A stretch of 28,344 bases of DNA. Origin: a virus (taxonomy: Duplodnaviria; Caudoviricetes). The position numbers and the translations under genes were made by a program. Positions 16,957-25,940 of the stretch are shown one piece after another. How positions within the stretch are numbered: position 1 is the stretch's first letter; the number at the start of each line of letters is the position of its first letter. The notes under the pieces were generated by a model, which saw nothing but the letters and a program-made list of their open reading frames with translations, ran no database searches and was not told the DNA's origin. Where the stretch lies: positions 1-28,344 of IMG/VR virus record IMGVR_UViG_3300030104_005449; one strand, given 5' to 3'.

Positions 16957-18465
16957 ATGTCACAATTACTTCCGTTACAAAAGTATGCTGCGGTTGATTA
17001 TAATGGTTTAGTTACCGATAATCACTTTCATGCTTTGTATCAACAAAAACCAGAGTTGATCTCTAACGTGATCAAGTCTATTTACAAAACTAACTTACAA
17101 GGAAAACTACGTGAATTCGTAGATCGTTTCCCTGTAAAAGAAGTTGAGCAAGAAAATGGTTTCTATAACTGGATGTTACAAGGTCAACATGACAAGAATT
17201 TAGCTCTTGTTGACGCTGAAACAATTGGTGGTTCTTCTATTTCTGCAGGAACTTTCCCTGCAAATGTAGGAGCAAATGGAGAGCGTTTTTACCTTTTATT
17301 TGATGAGCCTTTATTTGAAGAAACAAACGTTTTACGTGGTGAATCAGATGCTTATCACTATTTAGTAAAAAAAGTAACTGACGCAGGTTCACGTTACAAA
17401 GTAGAGGTAGAATTACTTACAGATGATACAGATATGACTGTACCTTCTGATGAGTTAGCAGTTAGCACTCGTTTCTCTAAATTTTATGGAGCAGCTCCTT
17501 CTACGTTATCTTACAGAGGTTCTGAGCCTTATTTTACTTCTCCTTGGAGAATGGAAAACCGTCCTTCTACATTGCGTATGCAATATGAAGTTGCTGGTAA
17601 CACAATTAACAAAGGAAAAAATGAACCACTAGAGTTTGGATTTAACTACAAAGGTCAACAAGAATCTATGTGGATTAATTACCAAGATTTAGTTGCTCAT
17701 CACCAATGTGAAGAAATGTTTGCAAGAATGTGTCTTTACGGTAAGAAAAACTGGGGATCAGATCATAAATATTTAAACAAAGACGATAAGACTAAATATG
17801 CTATCGAGTCTGGTGCTGGTTTCTTTGAGCAAATAGCTCCTTCAAACGTACACTATTACAATACTTACGACCTTGATTGGCACTTAGAAATGTTATTAGA
17901 CATGGGTGTTGGTAAATTGGAAAGAGGTAAACGTGTAGTTCACATCTTAACTGGTGAGTTTGGTGCAATTGAAATTTCTAAACAAATTTCTGCTAAAACT
18001 GACGCTAAAGTACAGATTGTTTCTGATAAATGGATAACAGGTAAAACTGCTCCAGGAACTATCGGAGGCAGTAATACTTACTCTTCTTTAGAGCCACAAT
18101 ATAATATTTATCAATATTACAATGGTGTTGAGCTTAGAGTTGAGATTTTAGATTTCTTCGATGATGATGTATACTTCCCACAACGTCACCCAGACGGATT
18201 AGGAATTGTAGAATCTCATAGAATGTTAGCTCTTGACTATGGTGAAGATGCAGGAATCTATAGAGTTAAGCCAAAAGGTGTTCCAGATTATAACTGGGCA
18301 TACATCGCAGGTATGCGTGATCCGTTTACTGCAGGTGGTAAAGGTTCTCCTAAATCAGTATCATCATCTATTGATGGTTACGAAGTACACTTCCAAAAAT
18401 GGGGTGGAATGATGATTGAAGATCCTACTAAAGTTGTAGATTTACGTTTAAACGTAACTAAATAA
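16957..18465 (+). CDS. major capsid protein (crAss-like)
   Basis: 502 aa with high-expression codon choice (cgt, ggt, ttc, tac). Motifs SGAGFFEQI, TGEFG and C-terminal DGYEVH...GMMIEDPT. Gene order fits. Confidence 0.88.
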   Translation: MSQLLPLQKYAAVDYNGLVTDNHFHALYQQKPELISNVIKSIYKTNLQGKLREFVDRFPVKEVEQENGFYNWMLQGQHDKNLALVDAETIGGSSISAGTFPANVGANGERFYLLFDEPLFEETNVLRGESDAYHYLVKKVTDAGSRYKVEVELLTDDTDMTVPSDELAVSTRFSKFYGAAPSTLSYRGSEPYFTSPWRMENRPSTLRMQYEVAGNTINKGKNEPLEFGFNYKGQQESMWINYQDLVAHHQCEEMFARMCLYGKKNWGSDHKYLNKDDKTKYAIESGAGFFEQIAPSNVHYYNTYDLDWHLEMLLDMGVGKLERGKRVVHILTGEFGAIEISKQISAKTDAKVQIVSDKWITGKTAPGTIGGSNTYSSLEPQYNIYQYYNGVELRVEILDFFDDDVYFPQRHPDGLGIVESHRMLALDYGEDAGIYRVKPKGVPDYNWAYIAGMRDPFTAGGKGSPKSVSSSIDGYEVHFQKWGGMMIEDPTKVVDLRLNVTK

Positions 18466-18472
18466 CATAATA

Positions 18473-18523
18473 TTTAAATATAGCTTCCTTACTGTAATAA
18501 GATAGTAAGGAAGCTTATTTAAA
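18473..18523 (+). terminator. stem-loop after the capsid gene (partial terminator or mRNA stabiliser)
   Basis: 12-bp stem agcttccttact (18482-18493) / agtaaggaagct (18504-18515), extended by tttaaata/tatttaaa. Weak U-tract. Confidence 0.65.
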
Positions 18524-18559
18524 TTTTGAGGAAAATTTATAATATTAAAAGACAGCAAA

Positions 18560-19552
18560 ATGAGCGAGAATATTAAAACTAAGGCTCCAAAAAAAGAAGA
18601 GCCGAAAAAAGAAAAAGTAGCAGTAATAGAAAAGAAGACTGTTTGGGGTTCTTATTTAGAAAAAAGAACTGTAGAAGTTAAACCAATTGAGTCTTCAGGA
18701 AAATGGAAAAAATTATTAGTAGCAGGACAGGATCTTACAAAAGAACCTTTTATGTTTAACAAAGTAAAAAAAAGTTTTCAAGTTCCATTAGTAAGTGCTA
18801 GAAAAGGAGGAGGAATAAAAGTAATACTTGATGACATTGAAAGAAAAATGATCAAAAAGTATGTTCAGAAATATCCACAAGGTATGACTGAACGTCAGTT
18901 CTTTGAAGAGGAATTAGGTGCAGACCTAAGTCCCTATAATTCTTCAGAAACTAATTTCTGGAGAATAAATAAAAAAAGTAGAGTTACTTTAACTAAGCAA
19001 GGTTTAACTCTTGATTTAAATACTGCTTTAGGTATGCTTAGATATAAAATTTTATTATCTAACCATAACTTAATTTCTCCTTCTTATGAAGATAGAAAGA
19101 AAAGAGCTACCTATGAATTTATGATTGTAAGTCAAGGTAAATTAATTTCTAAGAAAGCTGAAGCAGGTAAATTAAAAACTAAAGCCTTTGCTGAGTATGG
19201 CAAAATTGTATCTAGTGATTCTAATATGAAAGGTTTCATTAGAGCGTTAGGAAGAACAGTTCCTGCTAATTATAATAGTGATTGGTTAGAAACTGAAATT
19301 TTACAGGTACTTGAAGAAAGTCCTGCAGGTTTTTTAAGAATTGTTCAAGATCCTACATACAAAGGAAGAATCTTTATGCAACAAGCAGTAGAAGCTGGTG
19401 CTGTTAAAAAGATGAATGATAGACGTTATACTTTAGATAACGGAATTGAAATAGGAGATTTACAACAAGCCTTAAGGTGGATGGATGATCCTGAAAACCA
19501 AGACATGTACATGAGAGTAAAAACTCAAGTAGAATTGTCTAATAAAAAATAA
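18560..19552 (+). CDS. conserved capsid-module protein following the major capsid gene
   Basis: 330 aa. Position matches the crAss-like capsid block. Confidence 0.7.
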   Translation: MSENIKTKAPKKEEPKKEKVAVIEKKTVWGSYLEKRTVEVKPIESSGKWKKLLVAGQDLTKEPFMFNKVKKSFQVPLVSARKGGGIKVILDDIERKMIKKYVQKYPQGMTERQFFEEELGADLSPYNSSETNFWRINKKSRVTLTKQGLTLDLNTALGMLRYKILLSNHNLISPSYEDRKKRATYEFMIVSQGKLISKKAEAGKLKTKAFAEYGKIVSSDSNMKGFIRALGRTVPANYNSDWLETEILQVLEESPAGFLRIVQDPTYKGRIFMQQAVEAGAVKKMNDRRYTLDNGIEIGDLQQALRWMDDPENQDMYMRVKTQVELSNKK

Positions 19553-19559
19553 ATAGAAT

Positions 19560-20315
19560 ATGACTGCAAATGAAATGGCGGCTGAACTAGATCAACAAGT
19601 TGATAGAGCTTCAAGTTTTGGTTCACCAGGGTATGAAGATTTTGAATACTCATCAGTTCTTACTGACGCTATGAATGTGTATGTCAAACAGTTCATTGAT
19701 AGAAAGAATAACCGTAAAGGTGAAAGTTTAGAAGAAACTGAAGTAAGAAGCCAAGGGCTCAGTGCTCTTATTAAAAGAGGCATTGCCCTTACGGTTTCTG
19801 CTGATCAAACAGGTACTTTTACTAACGGTACATTTTATGATTTACCTACTGATTTTATGTATACAATACATGAAGACGGGACAATAGATAAAAAGATTTG
19901 TACAGACGGGGTTACTCCAATAAGTACTACTTTTAATGTAATAGCACATGATGAGGTTTCTAGACTAGAAAAAAATAAGTATAAAAAACCTTATTATAAA
20001 ACATACGGTGATGCGATGACTTGGAGATTAGTATTTTCTAGAGTAAATGATGGATATACTGATAATACAGCACAAACTGCTAAAAGACATCAGTTAGTTA
20101 CGGATGGAACATTTAATATAGAAAGGTATTCTATTAATTATTTACAAAATCCTCCTAATATTGTAGTAAATAGAACTACTGCAGCTAACCAAAGAAACTG
20201 TATTTTAGATGACTCAACACACTTGCCTATTATTGATATAGCTAAAAGTTTGTTGTTAGAAAGAGTACAAGAAAGAGAATTAGCCAATATGGCTTCTTCC
20301 AAAGACTTAGAATAA
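19560..20315 (+). CDS. putative head-tail ring/adaptor protein
   Basis: PGYEDFEYS, LEETE, LPTDFMY, INYLQNP and CILDDSTH..IIDIA resemble crAss-like ring proteins. Confidence 0.6.
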   Translation: MTANEMAAELDQQVDRASSFGSPGYEDFEYSSVLTDAMNVYVKQFIDRKNNRKGESLEETEVRSQGLSALIKRGIALTVSADQTGTFTNGTFYDLPTDFMYTIHEDGTIDKKICTDGVTPISTTFNVIAHDEVSRLEKNKYKKPYYKTYGDAMTWRLVFSRVNDGYTDNTAQTAKRHQLVTDGTFNIERYSINYLQNPPNIVVNRTTAANQRNCILDDSTHLPIIDIAKSLLLERVQERELANMASSKDLE

Positions 20316-20351
20316 ATTAACATGAATATTAACTAAAAAAAACAAAAAAAG

Positions 20352-21683
20352 ATGTTAAGAAAATCAAAAAACGTATTCGCTGCTTTATTAAGTGACGGTA
20401 CATTAAATTCAGCTAACTTACCTGCCGATGGTACAGTAGTAACAAACGACAACCTTCCTATAGGAATGGTGTGTTTAGTAGATGCGGGAGGAAGAAGAGA
20501 AAATGATCTTGATGATATAGCTACAGGTGATCAGTATGCTATTGTTCAAAGTTTAGGGCCAAATAAGCCTTTAATGAGATCTCCTATGATTACTAAAGGA
20601 AAAGAGACTATTACTTCTCAAAAATTTGTACCTTCTGCACAACAAGTTACTGCAATTGGTTTTAATGGAACTACAGGTTCTTTACCAGCAGCTAATTCTA
20701 CAGAGTATTACATTAGAATTAAAAGAAATGATAATAATGGAAGAGACAACTCTCAAGGAACTAGTATGTTTGCAGGCCCTATTAAAAGTAGTGCTGCTGC
20801 AACACAAGTAGGTATAGCAGATGCTCTTGTAATAAACGGAATTAAACAAAATGATCTTGAAGCAGATCCTTATGTAATATTTGAAGGTCTTAGTTCTAAT
20901 GCTGGAACTGCTGTAACTTCTGCTGGAGGTGGAGCTTTTGCTAGTCTTAAGTTTACTAAAGGAAGCAAAGAAGTATCTAGTGTAAGCAATGGAGTAACAA
21001 CTAGTTCAAATCTTGAAGTAGGAACATATGTTAAAATAGCAGCAGCTACTACTTCTCCGATTTATAAAATTACTGCAGTGTCTCTTGGAACAGCAGGTAC
21101 ACCTACTAAATTTACTCTTGATAGACCTTATCAAGGAGAAACTACAGCATTAATTGCAAAAGGAACTTTAAGAATGATTACTGCAGCTTTAGCTCAAGCA
21201 GGATCAGCAGGTGTTAGAATAACAGGTGTTGAAAATGCTTTTGATGTAAGTAAATGGAGAAATTACTATGTAAATCGTTTTACAGCTAATTTCTTTGGCG
21301 GTACTGCTACACTTACTTCTTTAACGGGAGCTAATACAGGTACAGGTGTATGGCAACAAGTTGCTATGGACGAGTATATGAATTATGGATTTGAAGGACA
21401 AGGTACTATTGGTACACCTCCAACAATTCGTGAATCTGTTGTTAAAATTCCTGGAGTAGGTTCTGAAACAGCTTTAACTTCTAAATATTCAATTATTAAT
21501 ATTGCTTGGACAGAAGATATTGATGGTTTAGTATCTACTGGAAAAGGTAAAGGTAATGTATTACTTTATTTAAATCTTCAAGATGATAGTGGTGTTGGTA
21601 AATTAGATACTTCTACTGCTAATCCTGGGGAAACACTTGCAGTAGCATTAAAACTTACTGCCGCTACATTAAATGAAGCATAA
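20352..21683 (+). CDS. putative auxiliary capsid/structural protein
   Basis: 443 aa, G/A/T/S-rich. Sits at the end of the capsid block before a terminator. Confidence 0.6.
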   Translation: MLRKSKNVFAALLSDGTLNSANLPADGTVVTNDNLPIGMVCLVDAGGRRENDLDDIATGDQYAIVQSLGPNKPLMRSPMITKGKETITSQKFVPSAQQVTAIGFNGTTGSLPAANSTEYYIRIKRNDNNGRDNSQGTSMFAGPIKSSAAATQVGIADALVINGIKQNDLEADPYVIFEGLSSNAGTAVTSAGGGAFASLKFTKGSKEVSSVSNGVTTSSNLEVGTYVKIAAATTSPIYKITAVSLGTAGTPTKFTLDRPYQGETTALIAKGTLRMITAALAQAGSAGVRITGVENAFDVSKWRNYYVNRFTANFFGGTATLTSLTGANTGTGVWQQVAMDEYMNYGFEGQGTIGTPPTIRESVVKIPGVGSETALTSKYSIINIAWTEDIDGLVSTGKGKGNVLLYLNLQDDSGVGKLDTSTANPGETLAVALKLTAATLNEA

Positions 21684-21706
21684 TTAGGATTTTTCTCCTC
21701 AACCTT

Positions 21707-21751
21707 AGTAGCCTGCCGAAATATTGCTGTCTAGGCAGGCTACTTTTTTTT
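21707..21751 (+). terminator. intrinsic terminator with a 16-nt loop
   Basis: agtagcctgcc / ggcaggctact followed by a T-run. Confidence 0.9.
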
Positions 21752-21802
21752 ATTATTAAAAAAAATTACTACTTTTAGGTAGTAAATTTAAATCCTACTA
21801 AA

Positions 21803-22408
21803 ATGGCTCTTATTCCAAAAATTAATATATGTGTAAATTCTAAATGTACTTCAATAGATGTATACGAAGAAACAAGTCCTTATCATGTAAGCACTAATCC
21901 AGGAGGTTGGAAAAACAGCAGTTCAGTTGCTGCTAATATAGATACTTCACAAATTACAGAAGCTACTTTAACAATTTTTGATCATACAGGAGTTACTTTA
22001 CATACTACTGTTACATTAACTAGTGTTTATGCAGGAGTTGCAGGAGCACCAGAACCAGGTAGATTCTTAGCAGCATCCGCTGTATCTTTTACACAAGGAG
22101 ACGGAGTATATAGACTTAAATATAAAGTAGTAGGAAATAGTACAACGTTTCATAATAGTCCACAATATGAACTTATTACTTGTGGGATAGAATCTTGCCT
22201 AGATTCATTAAAAGGTAAGATAGCTACTGAATGCGACAGTAAAACAATACAAAAAACAAAAGAAAATATAGATCAAATAGAGTTAATACTTTATGGAATC
22301 CAAACAGCTTTTTCATGCTCAGACTTTGTCACAGCAACTAGTTTAATAGCAAGTGCTAAAACTATTTGTGATAATTTATGTGATTGTGGCTGTGGAGACT
22401 GTAGTTAA
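21803..22408 (+). CDS. putative tail hub/structural protein with a Cys-rich C-terminus
   Basis: Beta-rich N-terminal part (DGVY) and a helical end finishing CDNLCDCGCGDCS. Confidence 0.55.
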   Translation: MALIPKINICVNSKCTSIDVYEETSPYHVSTNPGGWKNSSSVAANIDTSQITEATLTIFDHTGVTLHTTVTLTSVYAGVAGAPEPGRFLAASAVSFTQGDGVYRLKYKVVGNSTTFHNSPQYELITCGIESCLDSLKGKIATECDSKTIQKTKENIDQIELILYGIQTAFSCSDFVTATSLIASAKTICDNLCDCGCGDCS

Positions 22409-22422
22409 AAAAATATAATATT

Positions 22423-23364
22423 ATGGGATGTACATCATGTGATTCGATCACTTTATTTAAAGGAGAAACAGGAGCCGCTGGTGCTGCTGCTTCAGTAGCT
22501 GTAGGTAGTGTTACTACTTTATCTCCTGGTGCTTCAGCTACTGTTGTTAATGCAGGAAGTTCTTCTGCAGCAACTCTTAACTTTGGAATTCCTCAAGGTG
22601 CTACAGGGGCAACTGGCTCTGCAGGTGCTACAGGTGCTCAAGGTATAGCAGGAGGATTTTCAGGAACATGGTTATATGATACAGGAACAACAGCAGGAAC
22701 TTCTTCAGGAGATTTTAGATTTAATCATGGTACTCCAGGATCAGTTACTGCTTTATTTATAAATGATACAGATTCTACAAGTAGTGCTATGCAAGCTTTT
22801 TTAGATGCTTTTGATAATAGCGGAAATTTTGGTTTAATTAAAATAACTAAAAAAACAGATGCTTCTGTATTTTGGATGGGTAAAGTTACAGCAGAAACAG
22901 ATTCAGGATCTGAACATAATGTAGCTGTTACTTATGTTACTAACAATGGATCTTTTACTAATAATGACCCATGTGTAATATCTTTTGTAGATAGTGGTAC
23001 TGATAAAGCTGCTCCTTATACAAAATATTATACAGCTAGAATAACACAATCAGGATCAAGTGCTCCTTCAGGAAATCCTGCGGCTGTAGTGCCTACTGGA
23101 GTAAGAGCAGCTACTGATTATTTAGGAGATATAGTATGGACTTATACTAGTACAGGAGTATATACAGGAACTTTATCAGGAGCATTTACACAACCTGTTA
23201 TTTGTAGTATAACACAAGGAACTGATGGCCCAGTAGCAGCAGCTTTTATTCAATTATCAAGAACAAATGATAATACTGTTACATTAAAAACATTTAATGC
23301 ATCAGGAGTTGCTACAAATGCTCTTTTAGGTAACGCTAATATAGAAATTAAGAAATACGCTTAA
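22423..23364 (+). CDS. fibre protein with short collagen-like repeats
   Basis: G-X-Y runs GETGAAGAA and GATGATGSAGATGAQGIAG. Also VGSVTTL...LNFGIPQG segment. Confidence 0.75.
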   Translation: MGCTSCDSITLFKGETGAAGAAASVAVGSVTTLSPGASATVVNAGSSSAATLNFGIPQGATGATGSAGATGAQGIAGGFSGTWLYDTGTTAGTSSGDFRFNHGTPGSVTALFINDTDSTSSAMQAFLDAFDNSGNFGLIKITKKTDASVFWMGKVTAETDSGSEHNVAVTYVTNNGSFTNNDPCVISFVDSGTDKAAPYTKYYTARITQSGSSAPSGNPAAVVPTGVRAATDYLGDIVWTYTSTGVYTGTLSGAFTQPVICSITQGTDGPVAAAFIQLSRTNDNTVTLKTFNASGVATNALLGNANIEIKKYA

Positions 23365-23365
23365 T

Positions 23366-23725
23366 ATGCATTCTAACGAACTTACATTTAATCAAATAGC
23401 TGTATCAGAGTTTATTCCTAATATTTGGGGAACTATAGATATTAATTCTTATGCTGCATATAAAGATGATGTTCAAGTATGCTATAAATTATCTGTATGG
23501 TCATTACAATGTAAGTTTGCAAAATTAGTTAATACTTATGTTAATCATTTAATATATGGTATACCTCAACCTTGTAATTTAGAAGAGCTTACTATATTTA
23601 GATATGGATTAGAAGTTTTAAATAATTATAATCCTAGAGATATAAATAATGATACTACAACATATAACGATATAAAATATTCTACAATATTAAAAATTTT
23701 AAAAACATTAAATAATAAATATTAA
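23366..23725 (+). CDS. hypothetical structural-module protein, 119 aa
   Basis: ORF track. Tight gene packing. Confidence 0.7.
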   Translation: MHSNELTFNQIAVSEFIPNIWGTIDINSYAAYKDDVQVCYKLSVWSLQCKFAKLVNTYVNHLIYGIPQPCNLEELTIFRYGLEVLNNYNPRDINNDTTTYNDIKYSTILKILKTLNNKY

Positions 23726-23727
23726 TC

Positions 23728-24078
23728 ATGGGTACAACTAATAAATTAACACAAATAGTTAACCAAAACGGAACTGCCGTAGGAGTTACTAATAATAATA
23801 GACTTAAAGTAGAAGTAGGAGGCGATTCTGTTGCTAGTAGTGCTAGAATGCTTAGAATAACTTCTTCTGTAACTATATCAAATGAAGTTAAATCTATTTC
23901 TTGTTATAATGCACATGCCTCTGCTACAGCTACTATTAACATTGGTGGAGCAGGAGCTATAAATTTATTAGCAGGAGAAACTGTTAATTTTGATGCAGGA
24001 GGAAATGATAAATTTCCAGCAGATTACTTTGTAATAAATGGAAGTAGTTCTGATGTATTAACAATATATGTATATTAA
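23728..24078 (+). CDS. putative small fibre/decoration protein, 116 aa
   Basis: Beta-rich composition (INLLAGETVNFDAG). Structural context. Confidence 0.6.
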   Translation: MGTTNKLTQIVNQNGTAVGVTNNNRLKVEVGGDSVASSARMLRITSSVTISNEVKSISCYNAHASATATINIGGAGAINLLAGETVNFDAGGNDKFPADYFVINGSSSDVLTIYVY

Positions 24079-24084
24079 TATTTT

Positions 24085-24831
24085 ATGGGAGTTTCTATAA
24101 ATAGACATAAAATATTGGGGACAAAAAAAGGAAGTTATATAACTGCTCCTTTTAACTTAGCTTATTCTAATCTATACTCTGTAGAGTTTGATGGATCAGA
24201 TGATTATTTAGTAAGAACAGGTGTTGTTCCTTCTGTAGGTGCAGGAGATTTTTCTGTTAGTTTTTGGGTATACCGTATAGCAGATAGTGGAGCTGATGAA
24301 TACATTATGTTTTCAGATGCTGCTAGTGATTGGAAAATATATATTAAAGGAAGCAATGATAGAATGCAATTTGAAAGTGCTGATTTTAATGATGTAGCTT
24401 CTCAAACTGTAGCAACTGGTGCATGGGAACATTGGGTACTTACTATAGACAGAGGTAATAAAAGTATATGGTATAAAAATGGATCAGCAATAGATCAAAA
24501 AACTATTTCAGGTACAACTAATTATAGTGATACCCCTGTTGCTTTTACAATAGGTAGAGATAATGGATCTACATATAATTTTAATGGAAGATTAGACGAA
24601 GTTTCTATATGGGAGTCTGCATTAAGTGCAAGTAATGTAACAGCTCTTTATAATAGTGGTGATCCTACTGATGTAAAAGCAGAATCATTTGCAGGTAGTT
24701 TAATACATTGGTGGAGAATGGGAGACCCTAGTGGACAAGCTTCTCATCCTACAATATCTGATGCTAAAGGAACTTTGCATTTAACTATGACAAATATGAC
24801 AGATACTGATATTAATACAAATGTTCCATAA
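24085..24831 (+). CDS. LamG/concanavalin A-like lectin domain virion protein
   Basis: SVEFDGSDDY, FSVSFWV, WEHWVLT, FNGRLDEVSIW...LSASNVTALYN and WWRMGD. Confidence 0.85.
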   Translation: MGVSINRHKILGTKKGSYITAPFNLAYSNLYSVEFDGSDDYLVRTGVVPSVGAGDFSVSFWVYRIADSGADEYIMFSDAASDWKIYIKGSNDRMQFESADFNDVASQTVATGAWEHWVLTIDRGNKSIWYKNGSAIDQKTISGTTNYSDTPVAFTIGRDNGSTYNFNGRLDEVSIWESALSASNVTALYNSGDPTDVKAESFAGSLIHWWRMGDPSGQASHPTISDAKGTLHLTMTNMTDTDINTNVP

Positions 24832-24843
24832 TAACTATTAACA

Positions 24844-25098
24844 ATGGCTTTAACATACGCAATAATAAATATAGCAGATATTGATAAAATAGATTTTTCA
24901 CAAGTAAGTGAAGATTCTAAAGATACTTTAAGAAAAAATTTAGTAGATCCGTCTACAAAATTTCTTTTAAAATGGAGTACTGAACCTACATTTATAACTG
25001 ATGCCACTGTTACACCTGTAGATACATATACTCATTCAGAATGTTTAACAGTAATGGCAACAACAGAATGGTCTACTGTATCTAATATACCAGATTAA
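24844..25098 (+). CDS. small hypothetical protein accompanying the LamG protein
   Basis: ORF track. IDFSQV...TLR and YTHSE....M...EW pattern. Confidence 0.7.
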   Translation: MALTYAIINIADIDKIDFSQVSEDSKDTLRKNLVDPSTKFLLKWSTEPTFITDATVTPVDTYTHSECLTVMATTEWSTVSNIPD

Positions 25099-25103
25099 AT
25101 AAA

Positions 25104-25766
25104 ATGATTGGGTTTATTCAAAAATATCTTTCATTATTATTAATGATAATTATTATTATAATTTGTTTTTTATATATAAAAAGCTGCACTGATTATAAAG
25201 AAAGTATTGCTACAATAGAAGAATTAAAAGCTTATAAACATACTGTAAAAAATTATAAAAGTAAAAACGGTACTACCGTTAATTACAATAATACGATAGC
25301 GGTGACTCCTGAAGATTTGAAGATCGCTCAGGACACACTGCTTTCGTATATAGAAGATCTAAAGCTTAAAGCTAAGAATGTTAAATCTAGTGTTATAGTT
25401 ACAGAAAGATTAATAGTAGATACTATAAAAATTCCTATGTATATAAGCGATTGTAAGTTTGATACTACAGTACATATAGAAGATACTCACTATCATATGG
25501 ATATTGCTGTAGCTAATACAGGGTTAAATATAAATAGATTAGAGTTTCCTAATCGTTTAGGAGTCACTTTAACAGAAAAACGTAATGGATTATTTAAGAA
25601 AAAAGAATCTATTGTAGCTATAACTAATAGTAATCCTTATATGCAAGTAGACGGAATCTCGTCATATACCTTTCCTCATAAGAAAAAATGGTTTGAAAAA
25701 TGGTGGGTACACACATTAGGTGGAGTAGCTATTGGAGCTGTTGGTTATAGGTTAATTAATAAATAA
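25104..25766 (+). CDS. membrane-anchored protein, possibly lysis (spanin-like)
   Basis: N-terminal TM helix, short coiled segment, and C-terminal KKWFEKWW followed by a Gly-rich hydrophobic tail. Confidence 0.5.
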   Translation: MIGFIQKYLSLLLMIIIIIICFLYIKSCTDYKESIATIEELKAYKHTVKNYKSKNGTTVNYNNTIAVTPEDLKIAQDTLLSYIEDLKLKAKNVKSSVIVTERLIVDTIKIPMYISDCKFDTTVHIEDTHYHMDIAVANTGLNINRLEFPNRLGVTLTEKRNGLFKKKESIVAITNSNPYMQVDGISSYTFPHKKKWFEKWWVHTLGGVAIGAVGYRLINK

Positions 25767-25781
25767 TTAATATTTTTAAAG

Positions 25782-25940
25782 ATGAAAAAAATAAATTGGA
25801 TAAATAGTTGGAAAAAAGGTAATAAAAAAAATAAAATACAAATTATTGCCAGAATTGGACTTATAACAGTATTTGAATTTTATTGGAATCCAGGTACACA
25901 ATTTAGATTATTAATACTTAATTGCGGTATACAATCATGA
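25782..25940 (+). CDS. 52-aa hypothetical protein (MKKINWINSWKKGNKKNKIQIIARIGLITVFE...)
   Basis: Hand-translated. ATGA overlap with the next gene. Confidence 0.65.
   Translation: MKKINWINSWKKGNKKNKIQIIARIGLITVFEFYWNPGTQFRLLILNCGIQS

Noticed and set aside
1502-18465. Introns or inteins in polymerase, terminase or capsid genes
   Set aside because: The genes are uninterrupted, of ordinary length, and show no splice-junction or homing endonuclease motifs that I could see.
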